Shown one piece after another: positions 11,925-24,350 of a DNA stretch of 64,000 nt. Position 1 is the first letter of the stretch. Every line of letters begins with the position of its first letter. The translations under genes were made by a program, and so were the position numbers. The DNA is from Centroscyllium fabricii (taxonomy: Eukaryota), in NCBI GenBank assembly GCA_051313645.2, contig JBNRSN020000024.1, positions 36,332,001-36,396,000 on the forward strand, written 5' to 3'. Under the pieces are notes generated by a model. That model made no database searches and was not told where the DNA came from. It worked only from the letters and a program-made list of their open reading frames with translations.

Positions 11925-12494
11925 CAGGTTGAGCACCGGTAATCCGGCACCCGATGGTCCAGCAACTTCAGTGGTTCGGCACGAATCGAAACCGGCGGCC
12001 TTCAGTTTGTGGAGCAGCTGCTCGGCGCCGCCGCCATTTTCCGCGAAGGGTGGGCGAGCGCTGAAGGTGTCGGGCGTTTGAGTTGCTGGTTTTTCAGTTC
12101 TTATAAGTGTTCTATCCCCGGGCTCCCTCCCAGGGAGTGTTCTATCCGCACGCTCCGGGCCCCAGGGAGTGTTCTACCGCGCGCTCCGGGCCCCAGGGAG
12201 TGTTCTATCCGCACGCTCCGGGCCCCAGGGAGTGTTCTATCCGCGCGCTCCGGGCCCCACGGAGTGTTCTATCCGCGCGCTCCGGGCCCCACGGAGTGTG
12301 CTATCCGCGCGCTCCGGGCCCCAGGGAGTGTTCTATCTGCGCGCTTCGGGCCCCAGGGAACGTTCTATCCGCGCGCTCCGGGCCCCAGGGAGTGTTCTAC
12401 CGCGCGCTCCCCCCAAACCTTCAGTGGTTCGGAATTTTCAGTGGTCCGGCACCAGCCTTGTCCAGAGGGTGCCGGATTAATGGTGCTCACCCTG
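11925..12494. mobile_element. Tc1/mariner (Tigger-like) MITE
   Basis: 28-bp TIRs starting CAGG (25 of 28 match); TA on both flanks (11923-11924, 12495-12496). Confidence 0.88.
12105..12410. repeat. About 32-bp GC-rich tandem repeat inside the MITE, about 10 copies
   Basis: GGAGTGTTCTATCCGCGCGCTCCGGGCCCCA; GAGTG at 12135, 12167, 12198, 12230. Confidence 0.92.
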
Positions 12495-13521
12495 TATATT
12501 GAACCATTTAATAGTTTCATTGGTGTGCATCAGTCAGTTATTTGGTAAATTATATATTTTCTGGTATGAATAACCTCTTAAAACGTTTGCATGAGCACCT
12601 AAGAAAATGAGCGCAATTTGAAGAGCCTTCCTTAACCAGTGCAATCAGCGGAATCTTGCAATTCCGACCTGGGGACGTAGTCAGTTTTGTGGGTGGAGCC
12701 TGATTCAGGCGAATCAAATCTTGAACCAATGTAAAAGGTCGCGGAAAACACAAACACAAATTGTTTTGGGCGTAACTCACTTATGTTTAAAGTTCTTTTG
12801 CGCTAGTTTGGCTGATTCCGCCCTGATTGTGCTGATATTACTGGCGTAAACGAGCGGAAACTCTACCCTCTAATCTTTGCTAGCGACCCAGAATTGGTAC
12901 ATGAGACCATGGTAGGACCCCAAGACCCAGTGTTCACAGTTACCATCACCGCCTTGCTCGTGAAGATGTGACACAAAATATTAGATCATAAAACTGGAAG
13001 CTCTTGGGCTGAACTCATGTTGTGGAATAACATGTTTTATGAAATTCCTTTTAGACAAAGTTTAATGAAGATGTTAACCATAATTGGTTAAAATAGCAAA
13101 CAGAGGATTTTCAAAGCGATGTGTTAATGTTCCAAATATCAGCTAGCACAGTTTCAAATGATTTGTGTTTATTTGGAAAACATTATAAATGGGAGAGCGA
13201 CCGTGGAAAAGTATTTGAGGAAGTGTTTGTGAAGCTTAAATTGAAATTTATTCCAGTAGAAGCTGATATTCAGGAGGTATGTAAAGAAAAGTAGTAAGGA
13301 TAAGAATAAAGCTTTTAAAACATGTAAAGAATCTAGTAGACGGGAGGTTGTGGTAAAATATCATTGCAAACAAGAGAAGTTAAAAATAATTGGAGAAGTG
13401 AAGAGGAACATTAAATGTATGCTGAGAACATTGGAAGTAACAATAAAGGGTTTTACAAATATCTACTCATTAAACAATGGGTGCAAGGGTATTGGTCCAC
13501 CTAAAATGATGGTGGCAACCT

Positions 13522-15093
13522 GGGGGGTGATTTTGCCAGCCCTAGGGAGGCGGGTGTGGAGGTGGGACTGCCAGGAAAATGGCAGAATTTGGGGGCAGGT
13601 TGCCAACCCGCCCCCAACCCACCAGGTTGTCAACAGGCAGAAAATAGAATTATCCCCTTTTTGCCCTCAAGTGCGGGCTTTCCGAAGGTGCCAAAACCCA
13701 CCGGCGAGGCGAGTACTGGGTCTGCGGGGGTCTGGGGGGGTACAAAAGTGTGCTGGGAAGGTAAGTGATGGGTGCAAGAGTGGAGAGGTGAGTATCTGAG
13801 GTAAGTGCAAAGTGTTTTTAAAAGTGTACTTACCTTTGCATACAAACCGACTGAAGCTTGCAGGAAGAAACAGAGGGGTTAATTTTCATCGGGCCATGAG
13901 GCGGGCTTCTGGGCGGGCCTCCAACGAAAATAGCTGAAATAGGGGTCCACGACCCCTCCCGCCGCCTTCCCGCCCGCTTGTCAATTTCACCAGGCGGGTC
14001 CGATTGGCCCGCCTGGCATCGGCGGGGATGCTCGTTAGGCTCATTAGGGGCCTTGAATTGGCATCAGTAATGCCATTTTAAGGGCCCCTTGCTATTTTGA
14101 GCCTCTTCCCACCCATAACCCGCCTTGTTGCCGCCGTTGAAAGCTGGTGGACACCCAATCGGCTTGGTGACTGCCCACCTTCAAGGCACGAGAAATAGCA
14201 GCCACAGAACGGCTTGCTAGCCTCCAATGTGGCCAAAAACCTTTAAATCACTTACCTGCCAGCTGCGTCCCAGTGACTCTGAGAGAACACGCTGTGAGCT
14301 TGTCTGTGAAGCAACTGTCAATCATCCAGTGGATCCGTTTCTGTTTACATTCCACTGAAACCACAAACAAACAGAGCCAGCCTAATTAAGGCTGTCACTC
14401 TTAGATTTGTGGTTTCATCTGTTGACATTGCATTATGACATCATAATGCCCTGAAACCACAAAAAGACATACACCAAGCCTATCACTACAGCTGCCTATC
14501 ATCGGCTCTGCTGCTGACACAGTGCAAAGCCCGCCCACTTTCTATGTAAAATCCATCAATTGCCACAGTCTTCCCACACTCGGGGACTTAATTGGCCAAT
14601 TAAGCCAAAATTGCGTGGGGCTTCCACACCCTTCAGAAAATGGGAAGATAGAGTGGTCAGTGGAGAATCCCACCCATTTCCCACACCTTCAGGAAAATTC
14701 ACCCCAGAGAGTCTCCGATCTCCGCGTTGGGATTGACAGGTGGTCGTTGCATTCACAGATGCAACAACCATCTCAATTCTGTTAAATAAAGAAGTTTGAT
14801 GGGGTCTTCAAGACCTCATCAAACTGCATAGAATGTCACTGTTTGACAGCTTCGTAGAGCTGTCAAACAATGACAATCTTTTGACAGATGAATTTTGACA
14901 GATGAAACGTCATATGTTGACGTTCTCTGTAACCGGCTTCCCCTTAATTGGTCTGCTAAGCCCACTGGACGGACTTAACAAGGTCAATTAAAGGAAAATA
15001 GCGTGGGTTGGCCACAAATCAATGGAGGCGGGACACCGACCCGACAAGCAGCAGCCCCACCTCCAACACGCCCCCAGTCACAAAATCGCCCCC
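13522..15093. mobile_element. Harbinger-like non-autonomous element (outer)
   Basis: GGGGGTGATTTTG..GGAGGTGGGACTGC is mirrored by GCAGCCCCACCTCC..CAAAATCGCCCCC. Confidence 0.7.
13875..14705. mobile_element. Harbinger-like element nested in the previous one
   Basis: TIRs GGGGTTAATTTTC / GAAAATTCACCCC (12 of 13); 3-bp TSD AGA. Confidence 0.7.
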
Positions 15094-15754
15094 TTAGATT
15101 CTGCAATTAAATAGCTACTACAAATCCATCTGTACTCGGAGAAGAGGATGAGTTGCTTGAATCTGATATCATGTTTCCAGGGACAGCTAGATAGTATGTC
15201 AATAATGATGGATGTGTTTATTTAAAAGATTGAATACTCTTAAGCAGACAAAAGTTATTGCACCAGATAACTTGAATTTACGAGTTTTAACGGTAATAGG
15301 GAATTAAGTTTCAACTGTCATCTATGAGCAATCCATGAAGATTAGAAAGTGGTTGACATAACTTTATTATTTAAAAAAGGGAAACTATAAGCCAGCAATT
15401 TAATGTCCATCATAGGAAAAGCTTTTAATACCATTTTGAAGATGCAATGGGTTAACACTTGGACAATCGTTAACGTGTAAAAGGAGAAATTGAATATACT
15501 CGGGTAAATAGGTCATGTTCCAGTTACCTGCTGGAGTTTGTCACAGACAATAAATACCTTCCTGGTGGACAGGGAAACAGTCGGTATTATAAAGTTGGAT
15601 TTCCGAAAGCTTTTGACCAGATTTCACACTGACAATTGATGGCTGAAGTAAGGAGTCGTGGAGCAGGGGGTAAAAGTGCTTAGCTGCAGTTGAAGAAGGC
15701 AAAAAGTTCTGAGTTACATCAGCAGAAAAACTTCAGTAGAAATTGAAAAAGGTT

Positions 15755-16150
15755 AGAACATAGAACATAGAAACTAAGAGCAGGAGTAGGCCATTCGGCC
15801 CTTCGAGCCAGCTCCGCCATTCAATGAGATCATGGCTGATCATCCAATACCAGTACCTTGTCCCCATATCCCTCGATCCCTATCGAGCCTGCACCGACAC
15901 ATATCCCACCCTATCCCCACAACCCCACACATTCAATCCCCCTAACACTAAGGATCAATCCATCATGGCCAATCAACCTAACCCGCACATCTTTGGACTG
16001 TGGGAGGAAACCGAAGCACCTGGAGGAAACCCACGCAGACACGGGGAGAATGTGCAAACTCCACACAGATAGGACCCGAGGCTGGATTTGAACCCGGGTC
16101 TCTAGTGCTGTAAGGCAACCGTGCTAACCACTATGCCACCGTGCCGCCCC
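15755..16150 (-). mobile_element. HE1-like SINE with CR1-type tail
   Basis: tRNA-like head with A and B boxes on the minus strand, conserved core, CTATGTT tail. Confidence 0.9.
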
Positions 16151-16388
16151 GGGTTGTACTGTTGCTGTATATGGATTTGGTCAGATTTCACCTGGAGTCC
16201 TGGGTGCAGTTCCAGGCATTTGATCAAAGGCTACAAACCAACTCCAGAATATTCAGTAACAGTACAGGAGCCATTCTGTCCTGTGGTCGCTCAAATTACG
16301 CCGTGGAATAATGGTGCGCAAATTCTTTAATAGCTTAGATTGCTCGTTGCATTTCCCCCGATATTGAGGTACCTGCAGTAATCAGGTG

Positions 16389-16558
16389 ACATAGAAACAT
16401 AGAAGATAGGAGCAGGAGTAGGCCATTCGGCCCCTCGAGCCTGCTCCGCCATTCAATGAGATCATGGCTGATCATCCAAACCCAGTACCCTGTCCCTGCC
16501 TTCTCCCCATATCCCTTGATCCCTTTAGCCTCAAGAAATATATCCAACTCCTTCTCGA
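16389..16558 (-). mobile_element. 5'-truncated CR1 3' end
   Basis: Matches the 3' part of 49414-49791; TSD CAGGTG (16383-16388, 16559-16564). Confidence 0.85.
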
Positions 16559-17039
16559 CAGGTGTGGCAGGGTGAGAAATAGTACAGGGATCTATAATGC
16601 TAATTTCCATCCACTTTATTTCTGCCAGGTGCATGTAAGCAAGGCAGTAAAGATGTGGTGACATCCCAATTCCCATCATTATCCGCTCACCTATTACTGA
16701 GTCTTAATTACAGCATGTGAAACTGATGTCCTGGGATGCTGCGTACTACCCTGAAGGAGAATTAGGTTCACAGGAACAAATGTGTCTGGTTACTGTTGTT
16801 GTTAAAACTTTCTTATTGCACTGTATTTACTGTTTCTGCCTATTTTGCCATTTGCTGGGTGGTTGACGTTTACCCCTCCCCTTTCTCTTTTAAGCGAACA
16901 ATGGCGAACAACCCATCAGGGGTTTGCTCCATCTGTGCTTCTTGCAAAAGCACGAGGAGCAATTGAGGGTGGCCAAGCTGATGAGCCACATGGCCATGGG
17001 CTCTATGGCCACATGGCACCAGTTGCCGATACCCACACA

Positions 17040-17410
17040 CCAGAGTACCCAGGCAGAGGCAGTCCTACCTGCGTTTGACTGAGGAGCAATGCTTGAGGAA
17101 GCTGCACTTTTCAAAGGGAGCTGTTGGAGTGATGTCACAGTGCAAGCAGATCTCCAGTCCACTTCCACTGAATCCACCACTCTATCAGTGGCTGTTATGA
17201 TCACCACCACCCTTGACTTCTATAGCTGTTATTTCAGCCTTCCATTGTGCACCTCTAACAGCCAAACAGTTGTGCACTGATGCATCAAGCAAGTCACAGA
17301 TGCATTGTCCTCTAGTGCTACTAATTTTGTCATTTTGCCATGGACAACTGGTGCCAACATGACTGATCACTGAACTTTTATTGAGTAGCAGATTTTCCAA
17401 GGCCCAGTGT
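17040..17410 (+). pseudogene. Harbinger (HARBI1-like) transposase remnant
   Basis: Broken frames give EEQCLRKLHFSK, LSVAVMITTTLDFY and SQTVVH*CIKQVTDAL, which resemble the N-terminal half of Harbinger DDE transposases. Confidence 0.7.
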
Positions 17411-18024
17411 TTAATGTTTGAACTCAAAGCTAAACATTGCTTCTCCTAAATGCTGCCTGAGTGTTCGGCTGCTGTGTCAGGACGTACCTCTTGGGTTTGA
17501 GGTTGCCCTTCTCTGACAACAGCTAAGTCCTGAGATGGACCTCGTGTAGGCTGCAATTTTTGTGCTGCATGGGCAACCTGACCCCTACCTCCTAGATGCC
17601 ATGGAGAGGTGCGGGGTGGGCATACATGTGCTGCTATCCTGGCAGCACCATCACCGTTGCATGGTCGGGCCACGCCACTGGTACTGGGCATTGATCTGTG
17701 GGAAAGCAGACCCAATGGTTGTAAGTAAAGCAGTGACGTCCTATGTGATGCTTGGCTGCAACTGGTCACCAAGACTGTCCAAACTGAAAGAGGCAGCTTT
17801 CTCCAACCTGGCACTCAAGACCTCTATAGTAGTAGTCTGAGTTTCCATGGAGGACCTCCAGGTTGATCTCTACTGGAGATGTTCCTGACACTGCTACATG
17901 CTCCATGGTGGACTTCAGTGCTCCAATGGGATATACACTGTCGGATATGGTCCTGGTCAAAGGGTCTCCAATAAATGTGCTACTGGCAGACTACTGGCAC
18001 TGAACCTGTCTGTAGTACATTGTC

Positions 18025-18198
18025 ACTGGGTCAAAGTCCTGGAACTCCCTTCCTAACAGCACTGTGGGAGTACCTTCACCACACGGACTGCAGCAGTTCA
18101 ATAAGGCGGATCACCACCACCTTCTCGAGGGCAATTAGGGATGGGCAATAAATGCTGGCCTTGCCAGCGACACCCACATCCCAGAAACGAATAACAAA
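18025..18198 (+). mobile_element. LINE 3' end, same family as 54760-55640
   Basis: GGGTCAAAGTCCTGGAACTCCCTTCCTAACAGCACTGTGGG...GGCAATAAATGCTGGCCTTGCCAG. Confidence 0.8.
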
Positions 18199-19065
18199 GT
18201 AGTGCATACTATATTATCCATTGAGCAGCCTCTGACCCTGTGCCATAAAGACGCAGGGTAGGAGAGAAAGACGTTTAGGGCCATGTTGTGCTTTTGGGGT
18301 GCATTATTCCACAGCGTGTGAGAGACACCCGGTGTTCAGTTGGGACTCTGCATAATATTCTGAATGTTTTGCTTGCTGCTACGGTTTTCTTGTGTTGTAT
18401 TTTTTGCATGCTGAGCTTCATCTGGTTGTTTTCTTCCCTTCCCACAGAAAATGATCTTTATAGGAATTTGCATTGCAATAGTACTGTTGGTTATCATCAT
18501 TGTTCTGGCTGTGTCTCTCAATTAATGCTCCAAAACACCATGATCCCGCAGAATCATCCTGATTGAGACTAAAGCTGGGCTTTTGTTCCATCGTCACCAT
18601 ACAGCACTCATGTGGAAAGGAGAGACAGCAACCCATCATTCCTGGGCATTTCCGTTTCATTTTGACAAACACCTATCATTTTCCAGGAGGTGCTGTTCAC
18701 AGCCAGCAAGACCATTACTCAGGTTTCAGTTCTATCCTCCTGTTGTGGACCTTGCTTCTTTTGGCATCACTGTAAGCTGAAGAACAACATCAGGAAATCA
18801 AGCACAGTCTCTTCTGTATTGTTTATTGCTTATCTTCAATGCCATAATCCCATTTAAGAAACATTGTCAGAATGAACCTCGCCTTAACAGACATTGATCT
18901 CACCAACTTATTGGGTGACTCTGAATCCAGCTGAACTTCTGCTGTAATAAGGTTTTTATAATAATTTCGAAATCAATCTCTCCCCTTCTCTTTCCTCCCA
19001 TCCTTCCCTCTCTCCTCCCATCCTTCCCTCTCTCCTCTCCTGACTCTCTCTCTTCGCCCATCTTT

Positions 19066-19225
19066 CATAGAATCATAGAATCCCTACAGTGCAGATAGAG
19101 GCCATTTCGGCCCATCGAGCCTGCACCGGCACATATCCCACCCTATCCCCGTAACCCCACATATTTAATCCCCCGAACACTAAGGGTCAAGTTATCCTGG
19201 CCAATCAATCAAACCCACACATCTT
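19066..19225 (-). mobile_element. 3' part of an HE1-like SINE with the CTATGATT tail type
   Basis: CATAGAATCATAGAATCCCTACAGTGCAGATAGAGGCCATTT is the reverse complement of the tail at about 60636-60677. Confidence 0.85.
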
Positions 19226-19418
19226 TCTCTCTCCCTTTTTTCTCTCTCTCTCCCCTTCTCTCTGTCTCCTCCTCTGTCTCTCTATCTCCCCCCTTTGTTC
19301 TCTCTCTCTCCCCTTCTCTCTGTCTCTTCCTCTGTCTCTCTCTCCCCATCTCTCTATCTCCCCCCTTTCTCTCTCTTTTCCTTCTCTCTCTCTCTCTCTC
19401 TCTCCATTCTCTCTCTTT
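19225..19418. repeat. Imperfect (CT)n polypyrimidine tract
   Basis: About 190 bp of almost pure C and T. Confidence 0.9.
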
Positions 19419-19551
19419 GAAAAATCCTCTGATGGTGTTTGAACTGCCAAGGGCAGGTTTTACTAGAAGTGGCTTGATCTCCAGCCTCCAGCAAATACTA
19501 TGCTGAGATTGCTAGTGAAGTATTGCCCACGTTATACGTCCAACACACATT

Positions 19552-19946
19552 GGGCGGCACGGTGGCACAGTGGTTAGCACTGCTGTCTCACAGCACTGGA
19601 GACCCGGGTTCAAATCCAGCCTCGGGTCCTATCTGTGTGGAGTTTGCACATTCTCCCCGTGTCTGCGTGGGTTTCCTCCGGGTGCTCCGGTTTCCTCCCA
19701 CAGTCCAAAGATGTGCGGGTTAGGTTGATTGGCCAGGATAAATTGACCCTTAGTGTTAGGGGAATTAAATATGTGGGGTTACAGGGATCAGGTGGGATAT
19801 GCAGGTTCGATAGGGATCGAGGGGCATGGGGACAAGGCAGGGACAGAGTACTGGGTTTGGATGATCAGCCATGATCTCATTGAATGGCGGAGCAGGCTCG
19901 AAGGGCCGAATGGCCTACTCCTGCTCCTATCTTCTATGTTTCTATG
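19552..19946 (+). mobile_element. Full-length HE1-like SINE with CR1-type tail
   Basis: GGTGGCACAGTGG (A box), GGTTCAAATCC (B box), core, and CTATGTTTCTATG end. Confidence 0.92.
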
Positions 19947-20842
19947 GACATAAGACACAGAATATCTCCCTCTTTGCCAAAGATACTGTTGTTAAACATC
20001 TTCCATAGCAAATACCTATAGATACATCATGCACAGATCCCCTACAAACAGACCTCCACACATGGCTCCAGATAGACAGAGACACATACCTGCGCAAAGA
20101 TACAAGCGTACACCAATACAGACCCCCATGAACGTACCCCTCCTGATTAACCTGTAAAGTAGCTCCATTGACACCAGCAGTGCTGATGTGCCCGCAGAGC
20201 TTCCATTCCCACAAAGTAAAAATTGATACAGCGAAGGACAGGGAAATGCAATTACAATAGATATCTCCAATTGAAGAGTTACAAGCGCAATGGGACAAAT
20301 GGCCTCCTCTGCTGTAATGTATAGGATTCTATAAGGCTTACAGAAAAAAAAACAATAAACCCACAAATAGAGGAATAAGAACTGATTCAGGAACAGGAAA
20401 CAATACGGATACAGGAAAAGATATGGAAATAGTAAAACTTACAGATACAGGGAAAGGAACGCATACAGGAGTCAGAACACATACAGGGACAGAAACATGA
20501 ACAGAGATGGATATAGGAACACATATGAATACGCAAACAGGAATCTTTGCAGCAACAGATATATAGAACTTTATAGAACAGAAGGTGGCCATTTAGCCCA
20601 TCACACCTAACAGCATAAAAACAATTCTAACCTTTCCCTCTTTTTTTGGTAGTAATCTTTAATTTATGTGCTCTAGTTACCAACACACAAACCAATGGAA
20701 TTAGTTTTTCATTACTTATCTGATCAAAACTCCTCCATCTGACCGCCTCATAACTTTCTCTGCTCTGGTGAAAAAATGACTCACTTTCTCCAGTCTCTCC
20801 TCATAATTAAAGCTTCTCAATTCTAGCATAATCTTAGTAAAC

Positions 20843-22656
20843 TAGCAAAAGACATAAAAACAGATTATAAAAGCTTCTCCAGGTATGTAAAAAGGAAGAG
20901 ATTAGCAAAAGTAAACATAGGTCCTTTAGAGGCGAAGACAGGAGAAATTATAATGGGGAATAAGGAAATGGCAGAGACATAAAACAAATACTTTGTATCT
21001 GTCTTCATGATGGAGCACATATTACATTCCAGAAATAGTGGCGAACCAAGGGTCTAGTGAGGAACTTAAAAAAATTAGTATTAGTAAAGAAATAGTACTG
21101 GAGAAATTAATGAGACTAAAAGTTGACAAATCCCCTGGACCTGATGGCCTACATCCTAGGCTTTTACAAGAGGTAGCTACAGAGATAGTGGATGCATTGA
21201 TTTTGATTTTCCAGAGTTCCCTAGATTCTAGAACAGTCCCAACAGGTAGCAAACGTAACCCCGCTATTCAAAAAAGGAGCGAGAGAGAAAACCGGAACTA
21301 TAGGCCAGTTAGCCTGATATTAGTAGTAGGGGAAATGCTAGAATCTATTATTAGGGATGTTGTAACAGGGTATTTAGAAAATCATATGATTGGGCAGAGA
21401 CAACATGGATTTATGGAAGGGAAATCGTGTTTGACAAAGCTAATGGAGTTTTTTGAGGTTTTATCAAACAGGGTAGATAAGAAGAACCAGTGGATGTAGT
21501 GTATTTGGATTTATCAAAAAGCATTCAATAAACCACACAAGAGGTTATTACACAAAATTAGGGCTCATGGGATTGGGGTAATATATTCGCATGGATTGAG
21601 AATTGGTTAACGGACAGAAAACAGAGAGTAGGAATAAACAGGTCATTTTCGGGTTGGCAGGCTGTAACTAGTGGGGTACTGCCAGGATCAGTGCTTGGGC
21701 CTCAGCTATTCACAATCTATATCAATGACTTAGATGAGGGGTTCGAGTGTGATGTTTCCAAGTTTGCTGACAACACAAAATTAGGTGGGAAAGTAAGCTG
21801 TGAGGATGTCTCCAAGAGGCTGCAAAGGGATATAGACAGATTAAGTGATTGGGCAAGAACAAATGCAAAGTTATCCACTTAGGTAGGAAAAATAGAAAAG
21901 CAGAATATCTTTTAAATGGGGAGAGACTGGGATATGTTGGTAATCAGAGTGACCTGGGTGTTCTTGTACACGGATCACAGAAAGTTAACATGCAGGCACA
22001 GCAAGCAGTTAGGAAAGCAAATGGTATGTTAGCCTTTATTACAAAAGGATTGGAGTAGAAGGGTAAATAAGTCTTACTACAATTATATAGGGCCTTGGTG
22101 AGGCCACACCTGGAGTCCTGTGTACAGTTTTGGTCTCCTTACCTAAGGAAGGACATACTTGACATAGAGGAAGTGCAACAAAGGTTCACTAGACTGATTC
22201 CTGGGATGAGGGGATTGTCCTAAGCGGAGAGAGTGAGTCAACTAGGCCTATATTCTCTAGAGTTTAGAAGAATGTGAGGTGATCTTATTGAAACATAAAA
22301 TTCTTGAGGGGCTTGACAGGGTAGATGGTGGAAGGATGTTTCCCCTGGCTGGGAAGTCAAGAACTAGGGGTCACAGTCTCAAAATAAGGGGTCGGCCATT
22401 TAGGACTGAGATGAAGAGACATTTCTTCACTCTTGTGAATCTTTGGAAATCTGTACCCCAGAGAGCTGTGGCTGCTCAGTCGTGAGTATTTTCAAGACAG
22501 AGGTTGATAAATTTTTGGATACTAAGGGAATCAAAGGATATGGGGATAGTGTGGGGAGGTAGAGTTGAGGTAGAAGATCAGTCATGATCTTATTGAATGA
22601 CGGAGCAGGCTCGAAGGGCTGAATGGCCGACTCCTGCTCCTATTTCTTATGTTCTT
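20843..22656 (+). mobile_element. 5'-truncated decayed CR1 LINE (RT domain to 3' UTR) nested in an older minus-strand CR1 (about 20570-20840 and 22657-23080)
   Basis: KSPGPDG, NYRPVSL, QHGF..GKSCLT, GSVLGPQLF, KFADNT; possible TSD GTAAAC/GTGAAC. Confidence 0.92.
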
Positions 22657-23892
22657 GTGAACCTCTTTTGCACCCTGCCTATGGACATGATATCCTTCCT
22701 AAAGTTGGGACATCCAAAACTGGAGACAATGTTGAAATGCAGCCTAGCCAATGACTTGTATAGATTTAGTATTACCTCTTTGTTCTTGTACCTACTAAGA
22801 AAACCTTTATTTACAGCTTTATCAATTGGTCCTTTCAATTTAAAAGATTTGTGTATCTGAATCCCTAAGTCTCTCTGCTCCTCTACTCATTTAAAAAGCG
22901 TATGCCCTCTAAGTATTCTTTCTACAACAATGAATCACTTGACATATCTCCACATTAAATTTCATCTGATGTCTATCTGCCCAATCTACTACCCTGTCTA
23001 GGTCCTCCTGAAGTCACTTACAGTCTTCTTTACACTCCCTATTTTGTGTTTGAGAATTTTTATATAATGCCCCTATAGCCAACCCCCAAAGTTACAGTGG
23101 CGGAACGGGCGTAGTTCCGAGGAAATTCCTATTCATAATCATACTGAAGCCTAAGAGATACAGTATTTTTCACCAATTCCCCCTTCCCCCAAATGTGCCA
23201 GTGTACATTTCCATTGGCAGCAGATACCCTCTAATATCCTGTCTGAATAGTCATTCTGCATGTATGGGCCTAGACAGTGTTCAGTCAGGGGACCAAGGGA
23301 GGCATCGCAACCATCTGAAATTCTGTCCTTGTTAAGTACTCACATGGAGTTTCTAGCAGGAGTGATCAGGAGTGACTGATTTTTCTCCCCTCCTAATCTA
23401 GGACACTGAGGCCAATTGGAATGCCCCCTGCCCCACCACCACCCCCATGGCTATACTGGCCCTTGTGGCTCAGCACTACACAGGGTAGTACATTTATTTA
23501 CTGAATCATCAGAGAAGCCTAGAAAGAGTTGATTTTGCATACGCCAAAATATAGCCCTGGTGTGAGTACCCGGAGGAAACCCACACGAACATGATGACTG
23601 CTCGTTTTGTTTCATACTAAGGGGGAGGAGATAATTCGTCAAAGTTTGTCAGTATGGATATATACATTGCCATGCACAGAATTACATTAGTATCAAAAAA
23701 GTTCAAAAGAATTTTTAAAGAATACGCTCTTTCACTGGTCTCAAAGCAAACATTGTCAGCAGTGATGAAAGCTACTTGAAAGCCACTAAATAAGAGCAAA
23801 AGCGAGGCTGCTAAAACAGTATTGCAGGGGGAAGAGTTAAATGAGCTCACTTTAGTAACAAAAGCAATACTAGTCATAGAGTTATACAGCAC

Positions 23893-24350
23893 AGAAAGAG
23901 GCCCTTCAGTCCATCGTGTCTGCGCCATCCATCAAGCCCTGTCTATTCTAATCCCATTTTCCAGCACTTGGTCCGTAGCCTTGTATGCTGTGGCATTTCA
24001 AGTGCTCATCTAAATGCTTCTTAAATGTTGTGAGGGTTCCTGCCTCTACCACCCTTTCAGGCAGTGAGTTCCAGATTCCAGCCACCCCCTGGGTGAAAAA
24101 GTTCCTCCTCAAATCCCCTCTAAACCTCCTGCCCCTTACCTTGAATCTATAGCCCCTGGTTATTGACCCCTCTACCAAGGGGAAAAGTTCCTTTCTATCT
24201 ACCCCTATCTATGCCCCTCATAATTTTGTACACCTCAATCAGGTCCCCCCTCAGCCTTCTCTGCTCCAAGGAAAACAACCCCAGCCTGTCCAGTCTTCCT
24301 TCATAGCTGAAGCGCTCCAGCCCAGGTAACATCCTGGTGAATCTCCTCTA
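23893..24350 (-). mobile_element. CR1 3' fragment
   Basis: Minus-strand frame TRGYRFKVRGRRFRGDLRRNFFTQ..WNSLP. Confidence 0.88.

Larger units (their letters stand above)
13250..15750 (+). mobile_element. Heavily decayed CR1 ORF2 remnant interrupted by DNA transposons
   Basis: AACTATAAGCCAG...ATAGGAAAA (NYRP-like) near 15385 and GATTTCCGAAAGCTTTTGAC (DFxKAFD-like) near 15600. Confidence 0.55.

Noticed and set aside
12009-12548. ORFs of 103-179 aa in three frames
   Set aside because: Stop-free because of the GC-rich 32-bp tandem repeat inside a MITE
19552-19625. tRNA genes at SINE heads (also near 9015-9070, 16080-16150 and 60393)
   Set aside because: They continue directly into SINE core and LINE-derived tail
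20338-20592. Hydrophobic V/P/S-rich minus-strand ORF
   Set aside because: Product of a decayed ACAGGA-like low-complexity repeat
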